A stretch of 64,000 nucleotides of DNA from a virus (taxonomy: Duplodnaviria > Heunggongvirae > Uroviricota > Caudoviricetes), in IMG/VR virus record IMGVR_UViG_3300034105_001678, positions 5,543 to 69,542 of that record. One strand, written 5' to 3'. The translations under genes and the position numbers were made by a program. The notes beneath the pieces were generated by a model, which saw nothing but the letters and a program-made list of their open reading frames with translations, was not told the DNA's origin and ran no database searches. The first letter of the stretch is position 1, and each line of letters begins with the position of its first letter. Shown piece after piece: positions 34,659 to 44,265 of the stretch.

Positions 34659-35891
34659 TTATTTTTTTATTTCTTTTAAGATATCTAAAGAAATGTTAAC
34701 AACTGTTTCGTTAATTTTCTCAACATCAGATCTTCTAACGTTTGCATATTTTAATGCTGTTTTAGGTGAGATACCTTCTATCTTCGTTTTAAAATCACTG
34801 ATAGCTTCTCTTAATCCTTGAGATACCGCAAAAACTGACATAATTGATTTGTCACCTGTAAATTCAATATCTTCTAATGGAACCATTTTTTCTACTTTAA
34901 TTACACCATCATCCAAATACCCACCATCTTGTAGAGTTAGTGGTTGCATTTTACCATTTGGGATTCTATATTCGTCTGGTCTTTTTCTACCAAACTTGTT
35001 TTTCATACTAATAGTCCAAATAAATTGGTCGTTTTGTTTAACACCCGTAATTTCAAAATCCATTTTCATTGAAACATCTAAGTTCAATTCTGAATAACCA
35101 CTTTTATCTAATTGGAATACATCAGTTTTACCTAAGTATCTTTTGTCGCTCTTTTTAGTTTCTTCCCATTTACTATATTTTTGATTGAATTGTCTTGCCA
35201 AATATGATGTATTGTTCTGTTCAGTGTCTCTACCACCAATTCTAGCAACAACCGACTTTAAGAATGATTGAGCATTTTCATATGTGTTGAAACTATGAAC
35301 TCTATATTTTATTTCGTCATTATCCCAAACATCGTTATGTGTATCTTCAAATTTAAGGTCGTTAACTATGATTGCTGGAATACTTCTTTTAGAAAGTATC
35401 TCATTAAATTGTTTACCTTTATCTGATTCAAGACCTAACTCATCTCTAAGGATAGGATTGAATAGTCTTCTAATATTTTCTTGTACGTCGTAATTTTCTC
35501 CACTTGCTTGGTAAGGTCTACGTTCGATATTGTTATCATCACCTTCGTCATCTGGTAAATTACTATAGACTCTTTTAGTGTTTCTATGTGGATTGTATTT
35601 TGGACAAGTGTCACTTGACCACTTAACTCCACCATATTGTTGTTTTAGTTTTTCAACTAAATCTGGATGACTATTAACAAACTCTTGAATATCACAAGTA
35701 AATATCACATTTACTCTACCACCTTGAGGGTTGTTAGGGTCGATTAACATATCGTGACCAATAAGATTACCTTCGTCATCTTTAATTGGTCTACTAATAG
35801 CATCTGCTTTATCCCATATACGTCCCATTTCATCTATTTCGGTTGAACTTTCTGAAATGATAGACATTAATTTTTCTTTCGATATTTCCAT
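34659..35891 (-). CDS. hypothetical protein (410 aa)
   Basis: Long ORF. Terminator hairpin at 34585-34612 downstream. Confidence 0.5.
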   Translation of the reverse strand: MEISKEKLMSIISESSTEIDEMGRIWDKADAISRPIKDDEGNLIGHDMLIDPNNPQGGRVNVIFTCDIQEFVNSHPDLVEKLKQQYGGVKWSSDTCPKYNPHRNTKRVYSNLPDDEGDDNNIERRPYQASGENYDVQENIRRLFNPILRDELGLESDKGKQFNEILSKRSIPAIIVNDLKFEDTHNDVWDNDEIKYRVHSFNTYENAQSFLKSVVARIGGRDTEQNNTSYLARQFNQKYSKWEETKKSDKRYLGKTDVFQLDKSGYSELNLDVSMKMDFEITGVKQNDQFIWTISMKNKFGRKRPDEYRIPNGKMQPLTLQDGGYLDDGVIKVEKMVPLEDIEFTGDKSIMSVFAVSQGLREAISDFKTKIEGISPKTALKYANVRRSDVEKINETVVNISLDILKEIKK

Positions 35892-35953
35892 TACTACGTG
35901 TATTTTTATATAAATATCACAGAATCACACTTATTGTGTTTTGTGTGATAATA

Positions 35954-37510
35954 TTATGCCATTGTAGATGAAGATGATATCATATTAGCAACTTTGGCAA
36001 CTTTGGGTCCACCTTGAGCAATTAGACTGTTACCACTATTTGATCTTCTATCTATTACAATTTGTAATAACGACTTAGGGTCTTTATTACCAGATGCAAC
36101 CGCTTCGTTAATTGTTCTTGCAAATTTTTGGAACCATCCCTCACCATTCCAAGTTGCGTATCCAAAATTAAACGTTAAAGCTGCATCTTTTGATATAATA
36201 TCTGCAGCTTCAGGTGACAAATGTGATTTACTAAATTTAATAAAGAATGGTTTCATAATGTCACCAGCCAATTTTCTTAATTTTCTATCCAACGACGGAT
36301 TATCTTTCAACATATAACCGTGTTTCCATTTACTTCTAGCATCTTCGGCATCAATTAAAGCCCAAAATTCCTGACCCGCAGGTCCAGTGGCTTCAGTACC
36401 TCCCGCCTTTCTATCCATACCAAACATTGTTTCACCAGATGCACCAAATCTACCATCTTTTACTCTACCATCTTGTAACATATCTGGGTGATAATATCCA
36501 CCCTCTAAATTATCTATGATAAGATTAACTATACCCTCCCAATCGTTAACTGTGACGTTACCACCACTACCGTTAGCTTTATTGATATATGATGAAAGTT
36601 CTTCTGATTTAACACCTCTTTCTTTAAGAAGTTCGATTAATTTATTTAACATTGCAGGAGTCGCTACTTTCAAATCTGTACTACCCGCACCAGCCTTACC
36701 TCCAGTTGCATTTGTTAATCCAGAAGCTAAATCACTTAAATTACCTGAAGATACACCTACGTGAACGTGAGATGGAATACCATCTATTTGCATTATCTTA
36801 CCAATAAGGTCACCTTCTTTAACTGAATCACCAACACTTACCGATGAGTCTATATGTGTATAGAAAATATCTGGTTTACCGTCGTTACTTTTTACAGACA
36901 CTTGGTCTCCGTATATTTTTTTAACTCCACTTTTAATTAATCCACCACTTGCCTTTCTAACTTTATTTACAACACCACTAGTGATTGAGTAAACCTCAGT
37001 TCCAACTGGACCTGTAACATCCCAAGCGTTTCCACTTTGCCAATCAGATGCACTATGTGTACCTTGACCAGGTTTACCTATTAATCCACCACCTTGTGAA
37101 ACCAACTTAGACGCCTCATTGATTGATGTTTTACCATCATTTAATTTCTCTTGTGTGAATTTAGCAACCGCAGCACCAGTCTCAGGACCAAAAAGACCAT
37201 CAACACCATACCTTGGTAATTCATAACCTAATAAAATTAAACCTATTTGCATAGACTCAACTTCTTTTTGAAATTGATATGAACCTTTTTCTTGTTGGGT
37301 TATCCCGTTACCGCTTGCGGCAGTTTCAAGAGTTTTATAAAACGCCTCAACGTCGGGAGTAATAGCGTCAGCCTTCTTATCGTCGTGTTTATTGGTCTTA
37401 ATACCCAAACCACCCATAATTTTATCCCAAAGTTCCCCCTCATTAACTACTTTTTTACCATAGTTAAGTCGGTGCATTCTTTCTAACTGTTCTATTAAAT
37501 TCTTCTTCAT
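35954..37510 (-). CDS. multidomain peptidoglycan hydrolase: PG-binding domain + M23 (LytM) peptidase + GH108-like lysozyme domain
   Basis: PG_binding_1-like LQIGLILLGYELPRYGVDGLFGPETGAAVAKF. M23 motifs HSASDWQSG...HVHVG. C-terminal EGGYYHPDM...GETMFGMD resembles GH108. Confidence 0.65.
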   Translation of the reverse strand: MKKNLIEQLERMHRLNYGKKVVNEGELWDKIMGGLGIKTNKHDDKKADAITPDVEAFYKTLETAASGNGITQQEKGSYQFQKEVESMQIGLILLGYELPRYGVDGLFGPETGAAVAKFTQEKLNDGKTSINEASKLVSQGGGLIGKPGQGTHSASDWQSGNAWDVTGPVGTEVYSITSGVVNKVRKASGGLIKSGVKKIYGDQVSVKSNDGKPDIFYTHIDSSVSVGDSVKEGDLIGKIMQIDGIPSHVHVGVSSGNLSDLASGLTNATGGKAGAGSTDLKVATPAMLNKLIELLKERGVKSEELSSYINKANGSGGNVTVNDWEGIVNLIIDNLEGGYYHPDMLQDGRVKDGRFGASGETMFGMDRKAGGTEATGPAGQEFWALIDAEDARSKWKHGYMLKDNPSLDRKLRKLAGDIMKPFFIKFSKSHLSPEAADIISKDAALTFNFGYATWNGEGWFQKFARTINEAVASGNKDPKSLLQIVIDRRSNSGNSLIAQGGPKVAKVANMISSSSTMA

Positions 37511-37540
37511 ATTAATATAAATATCACAATTTTAGTTCAA

Positions 37541-37747
37541 TTATAGGATATGATCCTCTTCATCCTCATCAAATTTACCAAAGAGGTCATCACCCTTATA
37601 ATCTGGGTGATTTTTACTCATATAATCTATTCCTCTAACCCAACTCCAAGAGATTAATGCGACAACTATAAACATTAACGCGAAAACTGGTATGTATTCC
37701 ATATTATTTATTCTTTTTATTATGTGATTTAGGTCTTCCGTTTTCAT
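37541..37747 (-). CDS. small membrane protein (holin candidate)
   Basis: 68 aa, one TM, charged C-terminus, adjacent to the lysin. Confidence 0.35.
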   Translation of the reverse strand: MKTEDLNHIIKRINNMEYIPVFALMFIVVALISWSWVRGIDYMSKNHPDYKGDDLFGKFDEDEEDHIL

Positions 37748-38066
37748 CTAACAGAACGAAAACTATCTTATCAATTCTAACAATCGATTCTTTTGTATTT
37801 TTGTTTCTAACATCACAACATATCGTTACTGACGTTGTCCCGAATTTAACCAAGTCCATACCAAATTCAATTATGTCACCAACCTTTGCGGTGGTTACAA
37901 AATCAATCTCAGACATCGCTTTGGTTACGATATTAGAACTACTCAACTGACAAATGGCAAAGATTGCCGCCTCCTCATCAATCCACTTTAATAATTGACC
38001 ACCAAATAACGTACCTCTTGGGTTTAAATCACCTGGCTTAATCAACTTTCTAGTCCTATATATCAT
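37704..38066 (-). CDS. hotdog-fold acyl-CoA thioesterase (YbgC/4HBT-like)
   Basis: LNPRGTLFGGQLLKWIDEEAAIFA matches the 4HBT motif. Confidence 0.6.
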   Translation of the reverse strand: MIYRTRKLIKPGDLNPRGTLFGGQLLKWIDEEAAIFAICQLSSSNIVTKAMSEIDFVTTAKVGDIIEFGMDLVKFGTTSVTICCDVRNKNTKESIVRIDKIVFVLLDENGRPKSHNKKNK

Positions 38067-38323
38067 TTTCTTTTTTGTTTTTCTCTGTACTCTCTATGTT
38101 TTTCTGACCAATTAGGGTCTCTATAATCAATTACGTAATCACAATAATCATAGTCGTTAACTATTTCTCTTGGTTGTGGTAAGTCTGTTTCATCCTCATC
38201 CGTTTTAATTATCTGTCTAACCTTACCATTAATAACTCTACGAACAATCCTCCAATACAATGAAGACTTCTTTTCATTTCTAGGTCTATCTTTAACAATA
38301 GGTTTACGACGGCTTCTGCTCAT
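38063..38323 (-). CDS. hypothetical Arg/Lys-rich protein
   Basis: ORF. Confidence 0.4.
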   Translation of the reverse strand: MSRSRRKPIVKDRPRNEKKSSLYWRIVRRVINGKVRQIIKTDEDETDLPQPREIVNDYDYCDYVIDYRDPNWSEKHREYREKQKRK

Positions 38324-38885
38324 CAGTTAAGAATTTTATGATCTTTTCTTTTATTCCACTTTGTTTAATGCCCTCAATACTCTTCGGGGTTAAAACAAAA
38401 TTATCCAATCCCCAAACTTCTTTCCATTCTTCTCCTTTACCCATATCCAAATCATCTACTGCAACCCATTCTGTGACCTCTGGGTGGTCTCTAAGGTATT
38501 GATGTATCTCCAAGGACCTTGACTGTTCTAAGTCCCACTGACGAGACCATATGAAGTTTTCAGGGACATCACATTCACCTAAGTTTTTAGTAAATGCTAT
38601 TGGTTTCTTTTTGAGTCCCTGTGACTCATAATATTCACCCATCTCCTCAACAGTGGCCCATCTTTTCCAATCAGATGAGACAACAATTTCAGCATTAGTT
38701 TCTTCCAGTATTTCATTTAGGGTATCGATTGCTTTCTTATTAAAATTATCAAAACGAGCGTCCAACTCAAGTGACATAACTGATTGACTTAACTTACGTC
38801 CAACCTTTTTTTGTTTCTTAAATCTACCTCCCCATTCTGTTGACAAACAAATAACCCCATCGTGATCTAAAAATATTACCTTCAT
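38304..38885 (-). CDS. HAD-superfamily hydrolase
   Basis: FLDHDGV motif I and VAVDDLDM motif IV-like. Confidence 0.5.
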   Translation of the reverse strand: MKVIFLDHDGVICLSTEWGGRFKKQKKVGRKLSQSVMSLELDARFDNFNKKAIDTLNEILEETNAEIVVSSDWKRWATVEEMGEYYESQGLKKKPIAFTKNLGECDVPENFIWSRQWDLEQSRSLEIHQYLRDHPEVTEWVAVDDLDMGKGEEWKEVWGLDNFVLTPKSIEGIKQSGIKEKIIKFLTDEQKPS

Positions 38886-38939
38886 TTCTTCCTTTTTATG
38901 TTGTAAATATAAATAATATTTTCGAATATCACAAATTAA

Positions 38940-39365
38940 CTATGAATTTTCTTCAATATAATCGTGTTGTGGAGACCAAACTCCTTCAGAAGTTACTTTT
39001 GGATTCTCATTTCTATCAATCATAACCCATTCAGCTTTAACTAAACCCCAAGGTTTGAAATGTTCTAATACGTCCTCAAGTGAGAAACATTTACAACTGT
39101 AGATATCAAACTGAGCCATTGGTAATTCGTAATGATCCCAAATGTGAATTGATGCGTGTGATGTTGCCAAAGTAACCGTACCTGTTAAACCTTCATTACC
39201 TGGGTAATCAACGTAAACACTCGTAGGTCCACCTACAACTTCCATTTTAACTTTATGAACTAACTGGATAAACCATTCATTTAAATCACTAACTCTGTTC
39301 GGAGGATTAGTGAGCCAAACCTTCATCAAAAGGTGTTGGTGATAAGGAACAAATTCTTCTTGCAT
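38940..39365 (-). CDS. S-adenosylmethionine decarboxylase-like (prokaryotic SpeH/SpeD class, pyruvoyl enzyme)
   Basis: GLTGTVTLATSHASIHIWDHYELPMAQFDIYSCK aligns with [32 protein letters not shown]. Confidence 0.55.
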   Translation of the reverse strand: MQEEFVPYHQHLLMKVWLTNPPNRVSDLNEWFIQLVHKVKMEVVGGPTSVYVDYPGNEGLTGTVTLATSHASIHIWDHYELPMAQFDIYSCKCFSLEDVLEHFKPWGLVKAEWVMIDRNENPKVTSEGVWSPQHDYIEENS

Positions 39366-39420
39366 ATATGTTTTTTTCTATTACATATATATCTTTGAAT
39401 TTGTATTTTTCTAAGATTAT

Positions 39421-39669
39421 TTAAACTTTCTTATTCTTATAAAACCACATTATATGGGTTGTTAATATCGCTACGTTTACAAACATAGTTGGGTTATTCA
39501 TAATCAGATATCCATACCAAATCCATAGAATGCAGGCTAGTGAATTTACCACCCTCAATTTAAACATCGATTTAAACGTCATCGACATTAACACAACCAC
39601 TGACGCAACCCAACCTAATACCTCAACCATTACTATATTTTTTAAAGTTCTTAACGAACCCAGTTTCAT
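39421..39669 (-). CDS. small membrane protein (2-3 TM)
   Basis: Hydropathy. Confidence 0.4.
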   Translation of the reverse strand: MKLGSLRTLKNIVMVEVLGWVASVVVLMSMTFKSMFKLRVVNSLACILWIWYGYLIMNNPTMFVNVAILTTHIMWFYKNKKV

Positions 39670-40306
39670 ACTTCTTTAATTCCTTTGTGTCTAATCCGTT
39701 ATATAATCCCGTTGACATAAACGCCTGAATCTCATCATCGATAATTTTCTTATCATTAACATAACCCATTTTCATAAGTTTCTTTTTTAACTTATCGTAA
39801 TGAGTTGGTTTAATTCCTTTTATAAGTTTATTAACGTCTCTCTTGTAATCTTTGTTGGTGAAATATAGACCGTGAGCAATCTCGTGATCTAAAGTTTTTA
39901 AGTCTTTGCTACTCGCACCAATCAAATACCAATCGGTTCGTCTACCATCATTCTTTTCCGATGAATCTTTTGCACAATACCAATAGATGTCGTTCATAAT
40001 CGAATCGTACTCAGTGTCTTTACAAAACTGATGATGAGCAACTTGTAAAATGTTACAGGGAATATTATAACCAGACCAATCTTCTGGATATGTAAATGTT
40101 TTCTTTTTCCAAGCATCTTTATAGAATCTCATATACTCCATCCAAGTAAAATATTTGTTCCTGAATATTTTATATGGTGACTCGTAGAATTCTTGGTATC
40201 GACAGAACAACATCGCTCTATCATAATTGTCGTCAACCAACACACAGTAAATGTTTGGTTTAATTTCTTTTACAACCCCCTGAACTAACGGATGATTGAT
40301 TTTCAT
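39623..40306 (-). CDS. putative HExxH zinc metallopeptidase
   Basis: LDHEIAHGLY motif. Otherwise unrecognised. Confidence 0.4.
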   Translation of the reverse strand: MKINHPLVQGVVKEIKPNIYCVLVDDNYDRAMLFCRYQEFYESPYKIFRNKYFTWMEYMRFYKDAWKKKTFTYPEDWSGYNIPCNILQVAHHQFCKDTEYDSIMNDIYWYCAKDSSEKNDGRRTDWYLIGASSKDLKTLDHEIAHGLYFTNKDYKRDVNKLIKGIKPTHYDKLKKKLMKMGYVNDKKIIDDEIQAFMSTGLYNGLDTKELKKYETGFVKNFKKYSNG

Positions 40307-40309
40307 AAA

Positions 40310-40885
40310 TTAAATTTTATTTATTTTAAATAACTCTTCGGTTAAATCAATATATGGTTGTGTTTCGGGATTATAATAGCCAACCATTTTGTCTATTTTT
40401 TCCTTATTGTCGTATGTTGTAGTTTTATTATGTTGTTCAACTCCCCAAATTGGTTCTGGTAATTCTCTAACATTAAACATAACCACTCGTTCTGGTGTTG
40501 CGCAAACATAAAAAACATCTTTGTCAGGTGATATAATCATATCGTCCCATTTTTTCTTTTCAACTAAGAAAGTATCATAATCTTTCTTTCTTCCTTTAGT
40601 TTCAATTCCACATTTTTCTAAAATACTACGCAAATCGATAGGAGAATATTTGTTATGTATATTTAAATCTATCAAATCAGGATACAATTTTTTCAATTCA
40701 AAATAAATACTTGTTTCATCCTGACAAATGTAAGTTAGATATCTTTCTCTTCTTTTACTTAAAAGTAGTGGTATACAATTAATAATTGTATCTAAACAAT
40801 TTTTATGTTCTTGTTCTTTTTCTAATTGTTCCGCTATCCGTTTTTCAATTTCTTCTACTGACAACTCTTCAATATCTCTCGACAT
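40310..40885 (-). CDS. hypothetical protein
   Basis: ORF. Confidence 0.45.
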   Translation of the reverse strand: MSRDIEELSVEEIEKRIAEQLEKEQEHKNCLDTIINCIPLLLSKRRERYLTYICQDETSIYFELKKLYPDLIDLNIHNKYSPIDLRSILEKCGIETKGRKKDYDTFLVEKKKWDDMIISPDKDVFYVCATPERVVMFNVRELPEPIWGVEQHNKTTTYDNKEKIDKMVGYYNPETQPYIDLTEELFKINKI

Positions 40886-41469
40886 AAATCTTCTGGTATT
40901 TTACTTCTTTCATAAGCGTTAGATCTACCTTGTGTTCCTGTTTTAGAACCTCTAGGTGCTGCAACGTGACAAGGTGAACCATTCTTACACATTGGTCTTG
41001 GAACCCATACATCACTATTAGTCCATATGTCGGTTGGTTTCATTCTTTCATCACCATACTGACAATATGTAACAGTGTTTCGTTTGAACTTATCCATAAA
41101 TGGCATCTTACGAAGAACTCCTCTTGGGTTTTCAATGAACCAATATGTTGGATTGAAATGTTCAATCACTTCGATAGTTTTCTTAACTAATTCAATACCA
41201 AGTCGTGCGGTATCTGTCTTAGGAATGTACGCACCCTTACCTCCAGTCCAATGGTGACCTAAAGCGGCAACACTGAATCCTGTACAAGGTGGTGATGCCC
41301 AAATTACATCAGGTTGAAATGGAACTTTGGTTACATCAAAGTCTAAGATACTAACGGCATAATGTATTCCGTCAAATGGTGTTAGGTCGGATGAAAATAC
41401 TTCCATACCTAACTCTTCGGCAATCTTTCCAACGGAACGACTACCCGCAAATAATTCTAATACTTTCAT
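40855..41469 (-). CDS. DNA (cytosine-5)-methyltransferase
   Basis: Motif I LELFAGSRS, motif IV ASPPCTGFS, motif VI ENPRG. Compact 204 aa. Confidence 0.8.
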   Translation of the reverse strand: MKVLELFAGSRSVGKIAEELGMEVFSSDLTPFDGIHYAVSILDFDVTKVPFQPDVIWASPPCTGFSVAALGHHWTGGKGAYIPKTDTARLGIELVKKTIEVIEHFNPTYWFIENPRGVLRKMPFMDKFKRNTVTYCQYGDERMKPTDIWTNSDVWVPRPMCKNGSPCHVAAPRGSKTGTQGRSNAYERSKIPEDLCREILKSCQ

Positions 41470-41756
41470 TAAACTAAATGCTTAAATTTATCAGCAACGT
41501 TATTGATATAATTTTCCTCATCTAAAGATAATAGATGTCTACATTTTTTTAAATGGTCAAGACTATCCCAAAAAGATTCATCGTTAACATTTGGTCTACG
41601 AACACCGTAATTAGATGCTTTAATATCTTTTTGGTCTTCACTAATGAACCCACACTCAACTAAGTAATCAATTAGTTCTTGTCTTTCTCTAGATGAACAA
41701 GCATCAACAAATTCACTTGGATTAACGTCGATGTCGTCTGGTGTAAAATCTGGCAT
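41469..41756 (-). CDS. hypothetical acidic protein
   Basis: ORF. Confidence 0.4.
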   Translation of the reverse strand: MPDFTPDDIDVNPSEFVDACSSRERQELIDYLVECGFISEDQKDIKASNYGVRRPNVNDESFWDSLDHLKKCRHLLSLDEENYINNVADKFKHLV

Positions 41757-41813
41757 AATAATTTTATTTAAATGTTTAAATAAAATATAAGAAAAAAAAT
41801 TGGAAATAAAAAA

Positions 41814-42146
41814 TTATAGAGAAAAAGATTCTCCACATCCACAGGTGCGGGATGCATTAGGATTGGACCAACTAAATCCTTTACCGTTTAAACCAGATGA
41901 GTATTGTAGCTCGGTACCATATAGATAAAGAACTGATTTCTTATCTACCACTAATTTAACTCCACCGCCCGCCTCGAACACGTCGTCCGATTCGTGTATG
42001 TTGTCATCAAAGTCCATTGTATATGAAAGACCTGAACATCCTCCACCCTTTACCCCAACACGAAGATGGTGAGTGTCTGGATTTATACCATCACCCACCA
42101 TAAGTTCTATCACGTGTTCTAATGCTAACTCACTTATTGTAATCAC
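41814..42146 (-). CDS. iscA: Fe-S cluster insertion protein, A-type carrier (IscA/SufA/HesB family)
   Basis: GGGCSGLSYTMDFDD and C-terminal CGCGESF are hallmark HesB motifs. Confidence 0.75.
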   Translation of the reverse strand: MITISELALEHVIELMVGDGINPDTHHLRVGVKGGGCSGLSYTMDFDDNIHESDDVFEAGGGVKLVVDKKSVLYLYGTELQYSSGLNGKGFSWSNPNASRTCGCGESFSL

Positions 42147-42328
42147 TTTAAACCAGTCTTATTTAATAAAGAATCGGTTGTTTTAATATCAACCTTTATT
42201 TCTTTTATCACTTGGGTTTCCTTTCGTAATTTTGCAAGTTCTCGTTGTTGAAAGAAACATATTAATAGTAATGCGATTGCACTTCCCTTAGTTATGTTGT
42301 CTTGATTTTTCTTGAAGAATTCTATCAT
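42143..42328 (-). CDS. small membrane protein
   Basis: ORF sitting between iscA and iscU. Confidence 0.35.
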   Translation of the reverse strand: MIEFFKKNQDNITKGSAIALLLICFFQQRELAKLRKETQVIKEIKVDIKTTDSLLNKTGLK

Positions 42329-42332
42329 AGTT

Positions 42333-42728
42333 TTAATTAATTAATATATCCATACCATTTTTCTTTCGGTAATCGTTTATCGCTTCTTTGATAGCATCTT
42401 CCGCTAATACCGAACAATGTATCTTAACTGGAGGTAATGATAGTTCCTCCACCAATTCCATATTATCCATTTTAATTGCATCATCTATTGACATTCCTTT
42501 CAACCATTCGGTTGCTAAAGAGGATGCTGCGATTGCCGATCCACATCCGAAGGTTTTGAACTTAGCGTCGGTTATGATGTTATCGTTAACTTCAATTTGT
42601 AATCTCATTACATCACCACATTCTGGTGCACCCACTAATCCCGTACCTACATTAGATTTACTTTTATCCAAAGTACCTACGTTTCGTGGGTTATTGAAAT
42701 GATCTATTACCTTATCTCCGTATGCCAT
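42333..42728 (-). CDS. iscU: Fe-S cluster scaffold protein IscU/NifU
   Basis: Near full-length identity pattern to bacterial IscU: MAYGDKVIDHFNNPRNVG, GAPECGDVMRLQ, FKTFGCGSAIA, LPPVKIHCSVLAEDAI. Confidence 0.9.
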   Translation of the reverse strand: MAYGDKVIDHFNNPRNVGTLDKSKSNVGTGLVGAPECGDVMRLQIEVNDNIITDAKFKTFGCGSAIAASSLATEWLKGMSIDDAIKMDNMELVEELSLPPVKIHCSVLAEDAIKEAINDYRKKNGMDILIN

Positions 42729-42751
42729 AGTATTTGTTTATATGATAAATA

Positions 42752-42997
42752 TCAGTCAATCAGTTCATCTGTTATAATGTTATGATCATTTAAGATTTCG
42801 TGTATCTTTTCATATACCAATTCCAAAGCATCATACTTGTCAATTTCTTTACCTTCCATTGACCATTCTAAACCTTTTTTAGTGTTATGTACAATATCCC
42901 ATAACGCCATCGCCATATCTAAAGATTTAATTGCTCTTTTATGTGCCATAACATCGTCAGGATCACTTAAGTTGTACTCTATTGTCGCTTTCGCCAT
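42752..42997 (-). CDS. hypothetical protein
   Basis: ORF. Confidence 0.4.
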   Translation of the reverse strand: MAKATIEYNLSDPDDVMAHKRAIKSLDMAMALWDIVHNTKKGLEWSMEGKEIDKYDALELVYEKIHEILNDHNIITDELID

Positions 42998-43125
42998 AAG
43001 TCACTGAGTTTTTTACCTGGTTTAATTATTCTACCGTTTTCATCCATCATAGGTGCTCGGTATATTTCAAATGCCATCCATAAACCTACTAAAACTAATA
43101 AAATTCCAAACTTCATCATATTGAT

Positions 43126-43428
43126 TTATTTTAATGATTCAACATATTTTGATTTCCAAAATTGCCACCATTTACGTTTGACAATTGGTTTACATTCTGA
43201 GAATGGATTATCTCCAAATGCTACCTTATTTAAATACTTGGAAGATATTACATTGAAAAATATTTCGTGGTACTTTTTATCTACCGTGGAAAAATCGGCA
43301 ATAACTTCAACGTTTAATGTTACAGGACCATCTTCAGTATATACTATAAAATGTTCTTGTAATTTAACTAAACTACTTGTTTGTAAATTTATATAATTTC
43401 CATTTCCAATGTGAAAATCGGTTCCCAT
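43126..43428 (-). CDS. hypothetical protein
   Basis: ORF. The plus-strand ORF 43121..43396 is its shadow. Confidence 0.4.
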   Translation of the reverse strand: MGTDFHIGNGNYINLQTSSLVKLQEHFIVYTEDGPVTLNVEVIADFSTVDKKYHEIFFNVISSKYLNKVAFGDNPFSECKPIVKRKWWQFWKSKYVESLK

Positions 43429-43429
43429 A

Positions 43430-43753
43430 TTACTCTGTTTGTGTTGTTAATATTAGTTCAAATTCGTTAGCACCTTTTTTGTTTTGTTCTTTGAACATTT
43501 CAAGTGCAATCTCATAACGACTAACCTCAGTAAATCTAATAAATAATTCATCTCGTAAACTATCTCGTTCATTAATGATTTGTACCTTTTCAATATCACC
43601 ACCAGGAATATAACCATTGTCTGTTTGACACTTAACTAATTCTTCTTTTGTTTTTCTCAACTCTTCTAATTTATTAAAATAGTTAACCAATAAACCTGTA
43701 AAAGATAATGTAGCAACTACCACATAAAATCTAAGCTGTGTTAAAATTTTCAT
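43430..43753 (-). CDS. hypothetical protein with N-terminal signal/TM
   Basis: ORF. Confidence 0.4.
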   Translation of the reverse strand: MKILTQLRFYVVVATLSFTGLLVNYFNKLEELRKTKEELVKCQTDNGYIPGGDIEKVQIINERDSLRDELFIRFTEVSRYEIALEMFKEQNKKGANEFELILTTQTE

Positions 43754-44052
43754 TTGTCTAATTTTTTAATGTCTGTTAATATTTTCTCCACCTCTTGTTC
43801 AGATAGATAACCAAGTACATCGTCTGTAATTGGTGTGTCGTAAGTTATCTGACCATCTTTACCAAAGACAGCTAATTCATATAACCCTTTAGATCCTCCA
43901 TATGTATGTTCACCTTGAACAATACTAGCCCCGTAACCATTTGAAAATTGTACTATACATTGTTTTCCTATCCCCATTGGGTGTATTTGGAAATTCAACT
44001 CCTCGAACACTATCGTGTCTAAGTTGTTCGTTGGTCTTGTTTTTACGTTCAT
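43750..44052 (-). CDS. hypothetical protein
   Basis: ORF. Confidence 0.4.
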   Translation of the reverse strand: MNVKTRPTNNLDTIVFEELNFQIHPMGIGKQCIVQFSNGYGASIVQGEHTYGGSKGLYELAVFGKDGQITYDTPITDDVLGYLSEQEVEKILTDIKKLDK

Positions 44053-44265
44053 CTTTTTGTTTTTTTACAAATGATTGTATTAAATAATAATTCATATTAA
44101 AATATTTCTTCCGCAATTCCTAATACCTCAGCAACACCTAAAAATATTGCCGTGTTTCCGAATTGCTCGTTAAATAAAAAAAGACACGCCACAATTCGTA
44201 AAATTGATTTTACAATACTAATCCAAAAATGGCTGTTTGTTTTTGATTCTTTCTCTTGCATAACT

